From contig OZ251225.1 of the NCBI GenBank assembly GCA_965240325.2, forward strand, positions 2,976,001 to 3,040,000: DNA of 64,000 bases, written 5' to 3'. Both the position numbers and the translations under genes were made by a program. The stretch comes from Rebecca billardiae RCC1528 (Eukaryota > Protista > Haptophyta). Positions 46,886 through 57,687 of this stretch are shown here, in pieces (position 1 is the stretch's first letter; each line of letters opens with the position of its first letter). Below the pieces are notes generated by a model. That model did no database searches. It was not told the origin of the DNA and was given only the letters and a program-made list of their open reading frames with translations.

Positions 46886-48361
46886 TCAGCAGCAGACGCG
46901 CGCACGCCACGCCGTCTCGACGCACGTGGGCGTGTCAAACCACTGGAGGGGCTCGTCTAGCTCGCCCGCGCTCATGCCGAGGCCGAGCGCAGCCGACTGC
47001 CTACCGCACGAGTGCACGCTGCCGTCCGCCGTCACAAACAGCGAGCGGTAGTAGCGCATGGCACAGTGCACCACGCGCGCTTGGGCGAGGGCATCCACGC
47101 GCGACGGGACGCGAAGTCCAAACTCTCCGTACCCCAGCCCGAGCACGCCGTTGCGAGAGCTCCCAAACGTGTGCACGCTGCCGTCCGCGCCCAGCACCGC
47201 GCTGCAGCAGCTTGAGCTGCCCGCACACGCGCGCACGATGCGCACACCAGCGAGGGCGTCAAGCCGCCTCGGCGCGAGCTGATGGCGCCTGTCTCCATGC
47301 CCGAGGGCGCCATACTCACCATACCCAAACGAGTACACCGCCCCCTCGCTGTCCACCACCAGGCTGTGGCGACCGCCTGCGCTCACGTGTACGGCGCGCA
47401 CGCCCACGAGCGCCTCGATGCGCCTCGGCCTAGTGAGCTGATACTGCTGGCCGCCGTGGCCGAGCTGGCCGTAGTAGCCCTGCCCACACGAGTAGACGTC
47501 ACCATCGGTCGAGAGCAGCAGCGTGTGAGTATACCCTGCCGACACCCCGCCCACTCGAACGCCGTCCAGCGCCTCGATGCGCGTCGGCTCCAGCCGGTCC
47601 TCCGTGTCGCCGTGGCCGAGCTGGCCGCAGGAGTTGTGGCCCCAGCTGTACGCGCAGCCCGCGGCCGTAAGCGCGAGGCTGTGCACTTCGCATGCAGCAG
47701 CTATACACACAATGGGCTCACTCGCGGGTAGCCCGACGAGTGTGAATGAGCGTTGCTCCTCCGTGTGGCCCAGACCGAGCTGGCCGTACTGGTTGTTGCC
47801 GCAGCCGTACACGGCGCCTGCCGCGCTCAGCGCGAGCAGGTGGTCCTTCCCAGCGGCGACGGCGACCACTCGCACCGCGCTGAGGGAGGCGACGTGCGTC
47901 GGGACGAGCACTGCCAACGCCCCGGAGTGCCCCGTGGCCATCCGGGGCGGATACTCGGGCATCCTGAACTCGTGCGTCACCGCCTCCTCGCCGCACGTGT
48001 GCAGCCCGCCCTCCGCGTCCACACACGCGCTGAAGTGATGGCCGGCCGCCACGGGAGGCGAGTGTGCGCATGCGAGCTCGAGCACCCGCTCGCGAACGAG
48101 CAGTTCCGCCGTCCACGTGCGCACGCCCGAGGGCAGCGATGTCGGCAGCGCGCGCTCGTGCCCGCGCGCACGCGCGCGCTCGCGCAGCGCGCGCTCGACC
48201 GGCGAGCACCCACCGGGCGGCGCGCCGTGGAAGAGGCGCGCGGTGGCGTTCAGGCTAGCGAGGTCGCGCAGCGGTAGGAACACGAGGATGCGGTCGAGCA
48301 CCTCGCGTGGCAGGTCGTCGAGCGCGAGGCGACGCGCGTGCGCCAGTGCGGTGCTGGCCAT
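46886..48361 (-). CDS. F-box-like + RCC1-repeat protein, copy 2
   Basis: LDDLPREVLDRILVFLPLRDLASL; several RCC1 blades; long DNA-identical blocks with copy 1. Confidence 0.88.
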   Translation of the reverse strand: MASTALAHARRLALDDLPREVLDRILVFLPLRDLASLNATARLFHGAPPGGCSPVERALRERARARGHERALPTSLPSGVRTWTAELLVRERVLELACAHSPPVAAGHHFSACVDAEGGLHTCGEEAVTHEFRMPEYPPRMATGHSGALAVLVPTHVASLSAVRVVAVAAGKDHLLALSAAGAVYGCGNNQYGQLGLGHTEEQRSFTLVGLPASEPIVCIAAACEVHSLALTAAGCAYSWGHNSCGQLGHGDTEDRLEPTRIEALDGVRVGGVSAGYTHTLLLSTDGDVYSCGQGYYGQLGHGGQQYQLTRPRRIEALVGVRAVHVSAGGRHSLVVDSEGAVYSFGYGEYGALGHGDRRHQLAPRRLDALAGVRIVRACAGSSSCCSAVLGADGSVHTFGSSRNGVLGLGYGEFGLRVPSRVDALAQARVVHCAMRYYRSLFVTADGSVHSCGRQSAALGLGMSAGELDEPLQWFDTPTCVETAWRARVCC

Positions 48362-48571
48362 CGCTCGCGGCTCGCGCGCGGCACGGCAACCCAGCCGGAC
48401 ACGAGCGCGCGGCCACCGGCCGCGCGCGCGGGCGGAGCCGCCACCGCCACCGCCAGGACCTCATAAAAGTGCACGCGGATACGCATGTTGGACGTCACGA
48501 TGGATGATCCTCCGCGGTCTTAGCTCCGAGCGCTCGTCATCGCGAGCTCTGGTGCTCTTCCGATCTCATCT

Positions 48572-51211
48572 ATGCTGGCGTGCTTGCTGGCTGCCGCCGC
48601 GGCGCAGTGCGCTCCATGCAACACGCGCCTGCTTCTCGTCACAGCGTCGCCGCCGGCGGAGCTCGAGAACTCGCCGCTGCTTGCGAGCGCCGCGCGCGGG
48701 GGCACTACCGTCCGCGCCTACCACTTTGGCGAGCCGCTCGAGGAGCGAGGAGCGCGCAAGCGGCCCGAGCTCGTTTCACGTGTCCCCTCAGTGCAGCCGT
48801 GCGCCGTCAGTCCGGCGTGTGGCGGCGCGTTGCTCGATCTCGACGCGATCTACCCGTGGGCGGCTTCGTTCGGCGCGTTTGGCGCGCAGCTGGACACATC
48901 GCACCTCTTCTCCAGAGAGAGCGCGCGGCAGCAGGAGGCGACGGGCGCGGCGCTGCGGCTGCGCGCGAGACGGTCATTTTTCAAGGTGCTCGCCCTCAGG
49001 CACACCGTCGTCGACGAGCCGTCGCCCGCCGCGCGCGCCGTGCCCGTCATCATCTGGGCGGATGCGTCCGCGCGGCTCGCCGGCGATGCGGGCGCCGCCT
49101 TCTCCGCCTTCATGGCGCGGTACGACGTGGCCGTGGGCTACAGGTACGCCAGGCGAGCGCCCAGGGCGGGCACGTGCGGGCCGAAACTGCAGCACGCGAA
49201 GCCGCCTGCGCCCCTCCTCTTCGAGCCCGACTTGCCGCTGACTGACGTGATCGCGCTGCGCGTGGGCGACGCCGCGGCCGCGGGCGCGCGGGCTGGTGCG
49301 GACGGCGGCGCGGCGGCGAGGCGGCCGCCGTTCGCCCAGGCCCGCGCCTGGGCGCAGCGGGAGCGTGCGGAGGCGCTCGTCGTGGCGTGGGCTGCTCGCT
49401 TCGCGACGCGCGGTGCCGCGCGCGCGTCTTGCCTCTCCGACGCGTGCGTGTACGACTCGATCTTGCGGCGCGGCGTCCGCGGCGCCGAGGCGGCGCCGCC
49501 GCCCGCGGCCGACGACCTCGGCGTGTGCGTGCGCTCGGGCCGCGCAAGGTGTGAGCCGGCGGCGGACGGCGTCGCGGCCGCGCTCCTGCCGCCCGCGCGG
49601 CTCGAGAGCCTCGTCACGGGCACGCCCCGCGAGAACGCCTCCGATCTCGAGCGCGTCTCGGCCGCGCTCCGGCTCGAGCGCTGGCTCTCTGCCTATCTGC
49701 GCCGCCCGGCGGCGGCGCCCGCGCTGGCGGAGGGCTGGCTGGCCACGTGCGCGCGGCCGAGCGCCGACGAGCTGGGTGGCGGCGTGTACGGCGGCGTGGA
49801 GGGCTCGGGCGGGCGCGTCTGCCCGCGCGAGGCGCCCGCCGCGTCGCCCTTCCACCTCGACGACTACTTCGCCCTCGCAGCGCCGCCCGCCCACTCGCCG
49901 CGCGGCGCGCGCGCCGCGCGCGCCGCCGTTGGCTCGCGCTCGAGACCAGCCGCGCGGCACGCATGGGTTGGCGCGCCGGCGCGCGCCGCCGCGGGGCTTC
50001 GCAGCGTCAACCCAGAGCTCAGGGGAAGCGCGCTGTCGTACGCCGAGCTCAACCGCTCGCTGCCCGGCGGGCCGGCGTCGACGGCGTCGCTGCGCGAGTG
50101 CGGCGCGGACGCGGACGCGGAGCGGCTCCGTCTGCAGCTGCGCGTGCTGGGCGTGTGCGCGTGCCAGCTGCCGCCCGCGGTGGGCGGGCGGCTCACGGCG
50201 GCGCAGAGCGCAGACCGGCGCGTGGCGCGGCGCTTCGTGATGCCCGCCAAGAGCGGCCTCGGCTCCGAGCTCTCCGCGCTCCCCAAGGCGCTCGGCTGGG
50301 CCTTCAGCCGCGGCGCGGCGTTCCTCGACCCCGAGCTGAAGCGCCCGGACTGCGAAGGCAGCCCGCTCAGCGGCTGCCTCGGGCTGCTGCCCGTGGACGG
50401 GTGCGACCCGGGCGTCGAGCCCTTCGTCGCGCGCGAGGCGCGCGCGCGGCGCAGCGCCGGGCTGCCGCGCGCGCGCGGCGACACGCACGCGTTCGCGCGA
50501 AGCAAGCCGGCGCGCTCGACCGTCCCAGACGCGTACGCTCACCGCGGCGTCTTCTGGTGGACGTCGGCCATGCTGGGGCAGCTGCTGCGCCCCGCCCCGC
50601 CGCTGCGCGAGCACCTGCGCGAGCTGCGGGCTGGGTGGGGCTGGACGCCCGCGCGGCGCGTGCTCGGGCTGCACGTGCGCCGCGGCGACATCTGCGCGCT
50701 CAGCGACGGCACCGACCTCGCCCACGAGCAGCAGCGCACCGGGCGCACGTGCGACGGGCTCGCGCAGTACGCGCCCGCGGTGCGCGAGATGGTGCGCGCG
50801 CACGCGCTCGACGCCGTCTTCCTCGCGACGGACGACGATGCGGTCGTGCGCGAGGCGCGCGCGCACGCGCCCACGCTGCTCGGCGTGGCGCGAACGGCCG
50901 TGTACGTCGTCGCGGCCAACCGGAGCGCGCTGTACGGCACGGGCACGTACTACGACCGCGCGCTCAAGGCCGGCATGATCGACGCGGCCGCGGACGCGCG
51001 CGCGTTCCTCGTCGACCTGATGCTCCTCGCGGAGGCCGACGCGTTTGTCGGCAAGTTCACATCGAACATCGCGCGGATCGCGTTTGCGCTGTCCAACGCG
51101 CGCAAGGGCGGCGACTGCGTCGTGCCCTTCTACTCGCTCGACGCGACGTGGTGCGCCGATGCGGGCAAGAAGCGCGCCGGCTGGTCGATCTACGGGACCT
51201 TCACGTGCTGA
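48572..51211 (+). CDS. Secreted/Golgi glycosyltransferase with C-terminal alpha-1,6-fucosyltransferase-like (FUT8/NodZ, GT23) domain
   Basis: Signal-like N-terminus; LGLHVRRGD, VFLATDD, DLMLLAEADAFVGKFTSNIARIA. Confidence 0.8.
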   Translation: MLACLLAAAAAQCAPCNTRLLLVTASPPAELENSPLLASAARGGTTVRAYHFGEPLEERGARKRPELVSRVPSVQPCAVSPACGGALLDLDAIYPWAASFGAFGAQLDTSHLFSRESARQQEATGAALRLRARRSFFKVLALRHTVVDEPSPAARAVPVIIWADASARLAGDAGAAFSAFMARYDVAVGYRYARRAPRAGTCGPKLQHAKPPAPLLFEPDLPLTDVIALRVGDAAAAGARAGADGGAAARRPPFAQARAWAQRERAEALVVAWAARFATRGAARASCLSDACVYDSILRRGVRGAEAAPPPAADDLGVCVRSGRARCEPAADGVAAALLPPARLESLVTGTPRENASDLERVSAALRLERWLSAYLRRPAAAPALAEGWLATCARPSADELGGGVYGGVEGSGGRVCPREAPAASPFHLDDYFALAAPPAHSPRGARAARAAVGSRSRPAARHAWVGAPARAAAGLRSVNPELRGSALSYAELNRSLPGGPASTASLRECGADADAERLRLQLRVLGVCACQLPPAVGGRLTAAQSADRRVARRFVMPAKSGLGSELSALPKALGWAFSRGAAFLDPELKRPDCEGSPLSGCLGLLPVDGCDPGVEPFVAREARARRSAGLPRARGDTHAFARSKPARSTVPDAYAHRGVFWWTSAMLGQLLRPAPPLREHLRELRAGWGWTPARRVLGLHVRRGDICALSDGTDLAHEQQRTGRTCDGLAQYAPAVREMVRAHALDAVFLATDDDAVVREARAHAPTLLGVARTAVYVVAANRSALYGTGTYYDRALKAGMIDAAADARAFLVDLMLLAEADAFVGKFTSNIARIAFALSNARKGGDCVVPFYSLDATWCADAGKKRAGWSIYGTFTC

Positions 51212-51606
51212 CCGCTTGATACTTGCAGCCGCGCGAAATAGTCGTCCGCGTTACTAGTCTGCGCTTGACAAAGTGGCCAACGGACTCAGATCAAGGCGGG
51301 GCGGCCGCTACAGTGCGGTCTGTTTTGTGGCGGTGTCTTTGTGCAGTGTCGGATGGCGTCAATCACGCTTGGGCCTGGAAGTGTGCACGTGAAATCAGAG
51401 TCAACTGTATACTCCGTTCACCAGCCATCTCCAGCTGCAGGAGCGCTCTCCAGCTCCGCCTGGGCGGGCCAAAAGAAAATCGAAAGGAATGAAAAGAAAA
51501 AGAAAATCTATACCTCCGTTTGGGTTGGGAGGTCGTCCAACGGTCTTCGCCTTGTCATCGCCTCCGCCGCAGCGCCTCGACGGGGAGCAAGGAACCGCCC
51601 GCACTG

Positions 51607-52881
51607 ATGGACGAAGCCACCGCCGCGGTGGAGCTGCTTGGGCGCAGATCGGCACGAGGTGACGCACGTGCCACGTACCTTCTGGCTGATCGCCTCGCAC
51701 GTGGAGACGGCGTCGCTCAGAACGAGCGCGAGGCGGCGCGCCTGTTCAACATCGCCGCCGAGCGCGGGCTGGTGGAAGCTCAGTGTGCACTTGGCAAATG
51801 CAATCATCAGGGCCTGCTTGGACTGGACCAAAACCTTCTCCAGGCGGTGCGCTGGTACCGGCTGGCCGCCGAGCAGGGCGACGCAGCCGCGCAGTTCAAC
51901 CTGGGCGTCTGCTGTACGAAGGGCGAGGGCGTGCCGCAGGACATGGCCGAGGCGGCGCGGTGGTACCGGCTGGCGGCCGAGCAGGGCGACGCAGCCGCGC
52001 AGTTCAACCTGGGCGTCTGCTGCGAGAAGGGCGAGGGCGTGCCGCAGGACATGGCCGAGGCGGCGCGGTGGTACCGGCTGGCGGCCGAGCAAGGCCACGC
52101 AGTAGCGCAGTGCAACATGGGCGTGTGCTGTAAGAAGGGCGAGGGCGTGCCGCAGGACATGGCCGAGGCGGTGCGGTGGTACCGGCTGGCGGCCGAGCAG
52201 GGCTACGCAGTAGCACAGTGCAGCATGGGCGTGTGCTGCCACAGGGGCGAGGGCGTGCCGCAGGACATGGCCGAGGCGGCGCGGTGGTACCGGCTGGCGG
52301 CCGAGCAGGGCTACGCAGACGCGCAGTTCATCCTGGGCGTCTGCTGTCAGAATGGCGAGGGCGTGCCGCAGGACATGGCCGAGGCGGCGCGGTGGTACCG
52401 GCTGGCGGCCGAGCAGGGCGACGCAGCCGCGCAGTTCAACCTGGGCGTCTGCTGTCAGAATGGCGAGGGCGTGCCGCAGGACATGGCCGAGGCGGCGCTG
52501 TGGTTCGGGCTGGCTGCTGATGGTGATCAGCCACACGCTATGGTGGGGCTTGGAGCGCTGATGCTGTTGGGTCAGGGCGTGGAGCGCGATGTGGCGCAGG
52601 GCGCGCGGCTGGTGCGCCGTGGGCACGAGCTTGACAGCACTCTCGACCCCTGCAAAATTCTCGTCGAGGACTTTTCGGGGGAGCTCGAGGTCGTGTCCAA
52701 GTGCTGCCTCGTCTGCGCCAAGACGGGGCGTGGCCTCAAGAAATGCGACCGATGTCACGTGGCAGTGTTCTGCTCACACGACCACCTGCGCCGCGCGTGG
52801 AAGGCGCACAAGCCGCACTGCAACAAGTGGCGGCAGAGAGATGAGACGAGATCGAGACTCACGGATCCCAATGGCAATTGA
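51607..52881 (+). CDS. Sel1-like repeat protein with C-terminal MYND-type zinc finger (6 near-identical units)
   Basis: Paralogue of 12591-14207; CLVC...CDRC...FCSHDHLRRAWKAHKPHC. Confidence 0.92.
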   Translation: MDEATAAVELLGRRSARGDARATYLLADRLARGDGVAQNEREAARLFNIAAERGLVEAQCALGKCNHQGLLGLDQNLLQAVRWYRLAAEQGDAAAQFNLGVCCTKGEGVPQDMAEAARWYRLAAEQGDAAAQFNLGVCCEKGEGVPQDMAEAARWYRLAAEQGHAVAQCNMGVCCKKGEGVPQDMAEAVRWYRLAAEQGYAVAQCSMGVCCHRGEGVPQDMAEAARWYRLAAEQGYADAQFILGVCCQNGEGVPQDMAEAARWYRLAAEQGDAAAQFNLGVCCQNGEGVPQDMAEAALWFGLAADGDQPHAMVGLGALMLLGQGVERDVAQGARLVRRGHELDSTLDPCKILVEDFSGELEVVSKCCLVCAKTGRGLKKCDRCHVAVFCSHDHLRRAWKAHKPHCNKWRQRDETRSRLTDPNGN

Positions 52882-54719
52882 CACGGCCACGCGACAGGCC
52901 ACTCGGGCGAACCGTCTCTGGAGACTGGACTCGCCACTCCGCATGTTCACAATCTCATCGTTGAGCTGTTTGAGTCTGGACTCTGGTGAGCACGTCGATG
53001 GCGGCGGCGAGTGTGACGCTGGCTTTGGGTCACTCGGCGATTCTGCCGCGTTCATCATCGGTATCCCGCGTTCATCACATCGGTCTCGTGCGTCATCACA
53101 CAGTCTGCTGCTGATACACGACCACCACTCATCACAACTGCTTGCATGAAACTGCACCTCCGGCGCGGGCGACGCAGCATTTTGCGCGTATTATTGATTA
53201 AGTGTCATTTGTCAGCCATCACTGACACTCCTAGACCTAGACCTAGTCATGCTGACGATGGTGCCTTATTTATAGTAGCCTTGCCAATGTACTGATATAT
53301 ATTTATAGTGATGGCTAGTAGCTTGGTGCACCGTGGCGTCAGGCCCGCACCGGCCAATCCTCGGCTTCGAGGCCGATGAGCGGCCCGAGGCCCGGGGCCG
53401 ACCAGGCCCGTGGCAGCGCCAGCGCCAGCTTCAAGTTCAAGGCGCCGTGGCGGTGAGCCGCACGCGGTGGAGGCCTCGGCCTCGGCTCAGGGCACGCAGT
53501 CTTATTCATGATGAGTCTTGTGACGACACAACGTAGTCTTCATTCAATCGTCGAGCACCCCTCGCGCTTCGACGAGGGTTGCTCGACCCGCCAGCCGTTA
53601 GGTACACAGTTTGCACTGCCATTACTCATTAGAAGGGGCGGTGAAAGTTCACCACTCACCAATGATGTCCAATTGCCCGGAGCACTGGCCGGTCACCCCG
53701 TCAGACCGGTGTCCCCTGAAGTATTCACAGAACACCTGTGATGGGACAGAACATATATCGGGCACCCCGGCCGCAGATGTTCTGCAGCCGCCACCCGCCA
53801 TGCAGAACATCTGTCGCACAGATGGTTTTCAGAGTGCGCCACCGGGCCACTGGCGCGAGCGCCGCGGCGGCCACGCGTGCCAACCTGCTGCAGCAGGGCT
53901 GCTGGCTCCGCTCGCCGCCAAGCGCGATGCCGCCCCCGCCCTGCCCGCCTTAAAACGCGCTGGCGCAAGAGACCGCATACAGTGCTGCGCGCTGTGGATG
54001 CGCGAGCTGTGCAGCGACTCGCTCGCTGCTTCTTCTGGTGCCGCGCGCTCGCGCGCTCGAACGCGCGTGTGCATGCGCGCACGCGAGAGGACTGACTTGA
54101 TGCTGACGATCGTGGTGGCTCATGGCTCGCGAGAGGAGACAACTGCCCCACTGGCTCTCCCTGCCCCCGAGCCCTCTCTCGCGCATGGCCGTCACAAGTG
54201 CGCGCGCGCATGTGCCGAGTGCCGCAGCGCAACGCTCACTCCTTTCGCGCACCCTCTCCTCACGCAGAGGACGAGCTCGCGCGCGTCGCGGGCCTTGCCC
54301 TTCGGCTGTGCGAGCCTCTGGCCCGGGCAGACTACTGGGCGCGCCGAGCGGTCTGAGCCCACGCCGCTGACCGGCGTGGGCAATGGAGGTTGGGGGATCA
54401 CCTGGTTGCGCGCTGCCCTCTATCGTCCTCAAGTTCGTCAGTCTCCCAGGTGGCAGCCCTGGAGGTGCTTGGGGCGCACGGCGCGCGCTCCTGTGGCCAT
54501 AGACGCGCCCGCGCAGGCAATGCGTACTGCTGGGCAGCAGCGAGAGAGCACGCAGCGCCCTCCGCATTGTCACGCGCCTTGGGTAGCGCGCGCGCACGCG
54601 ACGCCATCATCGCGATGACGATGCAATCCGGCCCCCAACCGCCGGCAACAGCGCATCAGCCGGACTTGTGCCAAAAGAGGGCGAGCCGTGCGGTGGGGCG
54701 TTGAGCCAGCGCCACCAGG

Positions 54720-56853
54720 ATGTCCGCACGTGGTGGAGATGCGTCGTCGCTCGGGCCTGACGGCAAGGCGATCACCGACCTCGACGCGATCGCCCCCAAG
54801 CCCTTCGTGGACGCCTTCTTCGCGCGCTTCATGCAGCAGCCGGAGAACAAGGTGCGCTTGGCATTGGGCGTGCGCATGCCGCGCGCACGCGCGCGCACTT
54901 GCTGAACGCCGCGCCCGCGACGTGCGCGCTCCCGTGCAGGTCTGCTTCGACTGTACCGCGAAGGGGCCGACGTGGGCGTCGGTCACCTTCGGCACGCTGA
55001 TGTGCCTCGATTGCTCGGGCATGCACCGCCGGCTCGGCGTGCACGTGTCGTTCTGCCGCTCGACCGGCATGGACAAGTGGACGTACCGGCAGCTCTACCG
55101 CATGGCCGTGAGCGGCAACAAGCGCGCGCGCGCGCACTGGCGCTCGAGCAACCTCGATCCGCAGCAGAAGATCGAGTCGAAGTACTCGACCGGCGCCGCG
55201 ATGAGGTACCGGCAGACCGTCGATGCCAACTCCGCCGCCGAGGCCCGGAGCGGCATTCCGCTGCTCGACGCGCCGTCGGGCGGCGCGGACGCGCCCTCGG
55301 GCGGGGCGGCGGCCAAGGCGGTCGATCCGCTCACGGCGTACATGAACGCGCTCTCGACGAGCGCCTCCGCCCCACAGCTCGACCATCTCGTCCCGCTCAA
55401 CCGCCAGGCCTCGGCCGGGAACTCGCCGGCGATCCCGCGCGCAATGTCTGCGACCTCGTCGCCCGCGCCGGCGCGCGGCTCGCCCGTGCCGACGGCGTTC
55501 GTGTCGGCCGCCAACATGGGCCCGCCCGTGCCGACGAAATCCGCGTCGATGCCCGTGCACAGGCCCGCGGTGAGCAAGGGGCTCGGCGGCGCGAAGCGGG
55601 CGGCGCCCTCCAACCCGCTGCTGGCGTACGGTGCCGGGCTGGGTGGCGGCGGCGGCGGCGGAGGCGTGGACGAGCTGGCCGACACCGGCGCGGCGGCTGA
55701 TGCGGCCGAGCCCGAGCGCGCGGGCAACGTGGCGCCGAGTGGCGCGCGCCCCGCGCCGGCCGGGGGCTCGGACGACTTCTTCTCGAGCCTCGGCGTGGGC
55801 AACCCCGCGGGGGCCGACAGGCCACCGCGCCCGCCTGCCGCGGGCGGTGCGGCGCCCGAGGGCAGCGCGTCGCCAGCGCTCGGCCCGGGCGCGGGCGCTT
55901 TCGCGCGGCCAATGGCGTCGCAGCTCGTCGCCGGCATTGGCACGCAGCCGCCGGCGCAGGGTGCGCGGCCATCGTCGGCGGGGCAGTCGTCGCTGATTGG
56001 CCGGCGGCCAGCGTCCGGCGCAAAAAAGGGGCTGGGCGGGGCAGTGCGCATGTCCGGTGCTGCGGGCAGCTCGGCAGGGATTGCGTTTGGGCCGGTGAGG
56101 CGCCGCGCCCGCGCGCGAGCCGCCGCGCGCGCGCGCGCCGTTGCGCACCGCCGCGCGGCTGCTGATGCCGTGCCCACGCGCGGCGCCGATCCTGTTCGCA
56201 GACTGGCCCGGTCAGCGCGTCACCGGTACCCCAACCCGCCGCCGCCCGGGGAGGCGAGAGCGAGCCCGCACACCTGGGCAGCGACGTTGCGAGGTGCGCG
56301 CGCGCGCCTGGCGGCGCGGCCTGCGGTCGGCGCGCCGCGCGCTCGTGTGCTCTCGGCCCGCATGGCTGACCGTCCGCCCGCCGCCGCCGTGCCCCGCCGC
56401 CCGCTGCGCAGTGCTGGGAGCCGTCCCGCGGTCTCGTCGATCTTCTCGTACGACGACCCGCTGCAGCAGCAGGAGCGGCCGGCGCCCGCGCAGGTGCCGG
56501 TCGCGGCGCCGCCCAAGCCCAAGCCGGCTGACGGCTCCGACCCGGCTGCCAAGGCAGAGTCGCCACCCGAGGCGCGGGGCGCGCTCGGCGGCTACTCAAA
56601 CCTGACGGCGTTCGGCTCGGCCGACTTGGAGCCGCCGCCGCCGGTGGTCACCTCGCCGCGGGCGGCGTACGCCACCGCGTTCGCGAGCAAGGTGGCGAGC
56701 TGCGCCACCTCCACCATCGCATCCGTCGCGTCCAAGGTGCTCCGCTCGCCGACCAACGAGTCGCCAAACTCGGCGGGCGGACGCGCAGGCGGCCCGGACG
56801 GCTTCGACAGCTTCGATGGCTTCGGCGACGGCGTCAAGGACGGCAACGCTTGA
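54720..56853 (+). CDS. ArfGAP (ArfGAP2/3-Glo3-like); intron 54852-54939 and probably two more within ~56095-56411
   Basis: Spliced QQPENKVCFDC...[38 protein letters not shown]; KKGLGG motif. Confidence 0.9.
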
Positions 56854-57687
56854 TGGCGGGATGTGGGGGCACCGCTTGGCGCGCAGTCGGCCCCCGCCAC
56901 TGTCTGCAACGCGACACGCCTGCGACAGAGTAGTCAGATGACTACGCGAGCTTGACGATCCGTCGATCGCCGATCAGGCGGCCGCGTCGGCGGATCGCCC
57001 GTGACCCACGCGTCTCACGCCGGCGTGACCGTGACCGCGCGTGTCATCCGACATCACTACAGGGAGCAGTGCTGATGATCACGGCGGTACCGCGTCCGTG
57101 TCCGGCCGTTCACCCGTTGCTGCGCGGCCTACGCGCTGCATCAATGATATATATATGCGGCTAATAACTGCTACGCAGATCGAGCAGTTATTATGCCGCC
57201 GACGAGGCGCCGAGTCATCAGCGAGCTATAGCGCTAGTGCGCCGGCTCATCGCGTCGTCAGTAGGCTAGCTCATCAGTGACTACTACTAACTGCTACTAT
57301 TTATAACTAGCAGCTACAGTAGCTGGCGGCCCGCGCGCGGGCTCGCACTGCTCCCGGACAGTCGCGCCCCTGGACGGACCTCTGACAGGCGCGTGCTGCG
57401 GTGCTGACGCGGACGACGGAGTCGGAGTCGGGCCCCCGGGACGACTGCATGCAGCCTGGGGCCCTGAGGGCGCTGCTCGGCCCGCTCTCCGCACTGAGAC
57501 TGCCACAGCACTCATCACTGGGACTGCGGTCTGCGATCCGCGGCGGTGCAAACGCGCTGTGGCTGCGGCGGCGCAGTGCCCGCGCTGCGTGCCGGCGACA
57601 ACGGCCGACGTACCACGCGGGCACGGCACCCGTGGCGGTGCCGGTGGCCGGCAACTCGCCACCGGGGCAGGCTCTCACCAGACTGCT

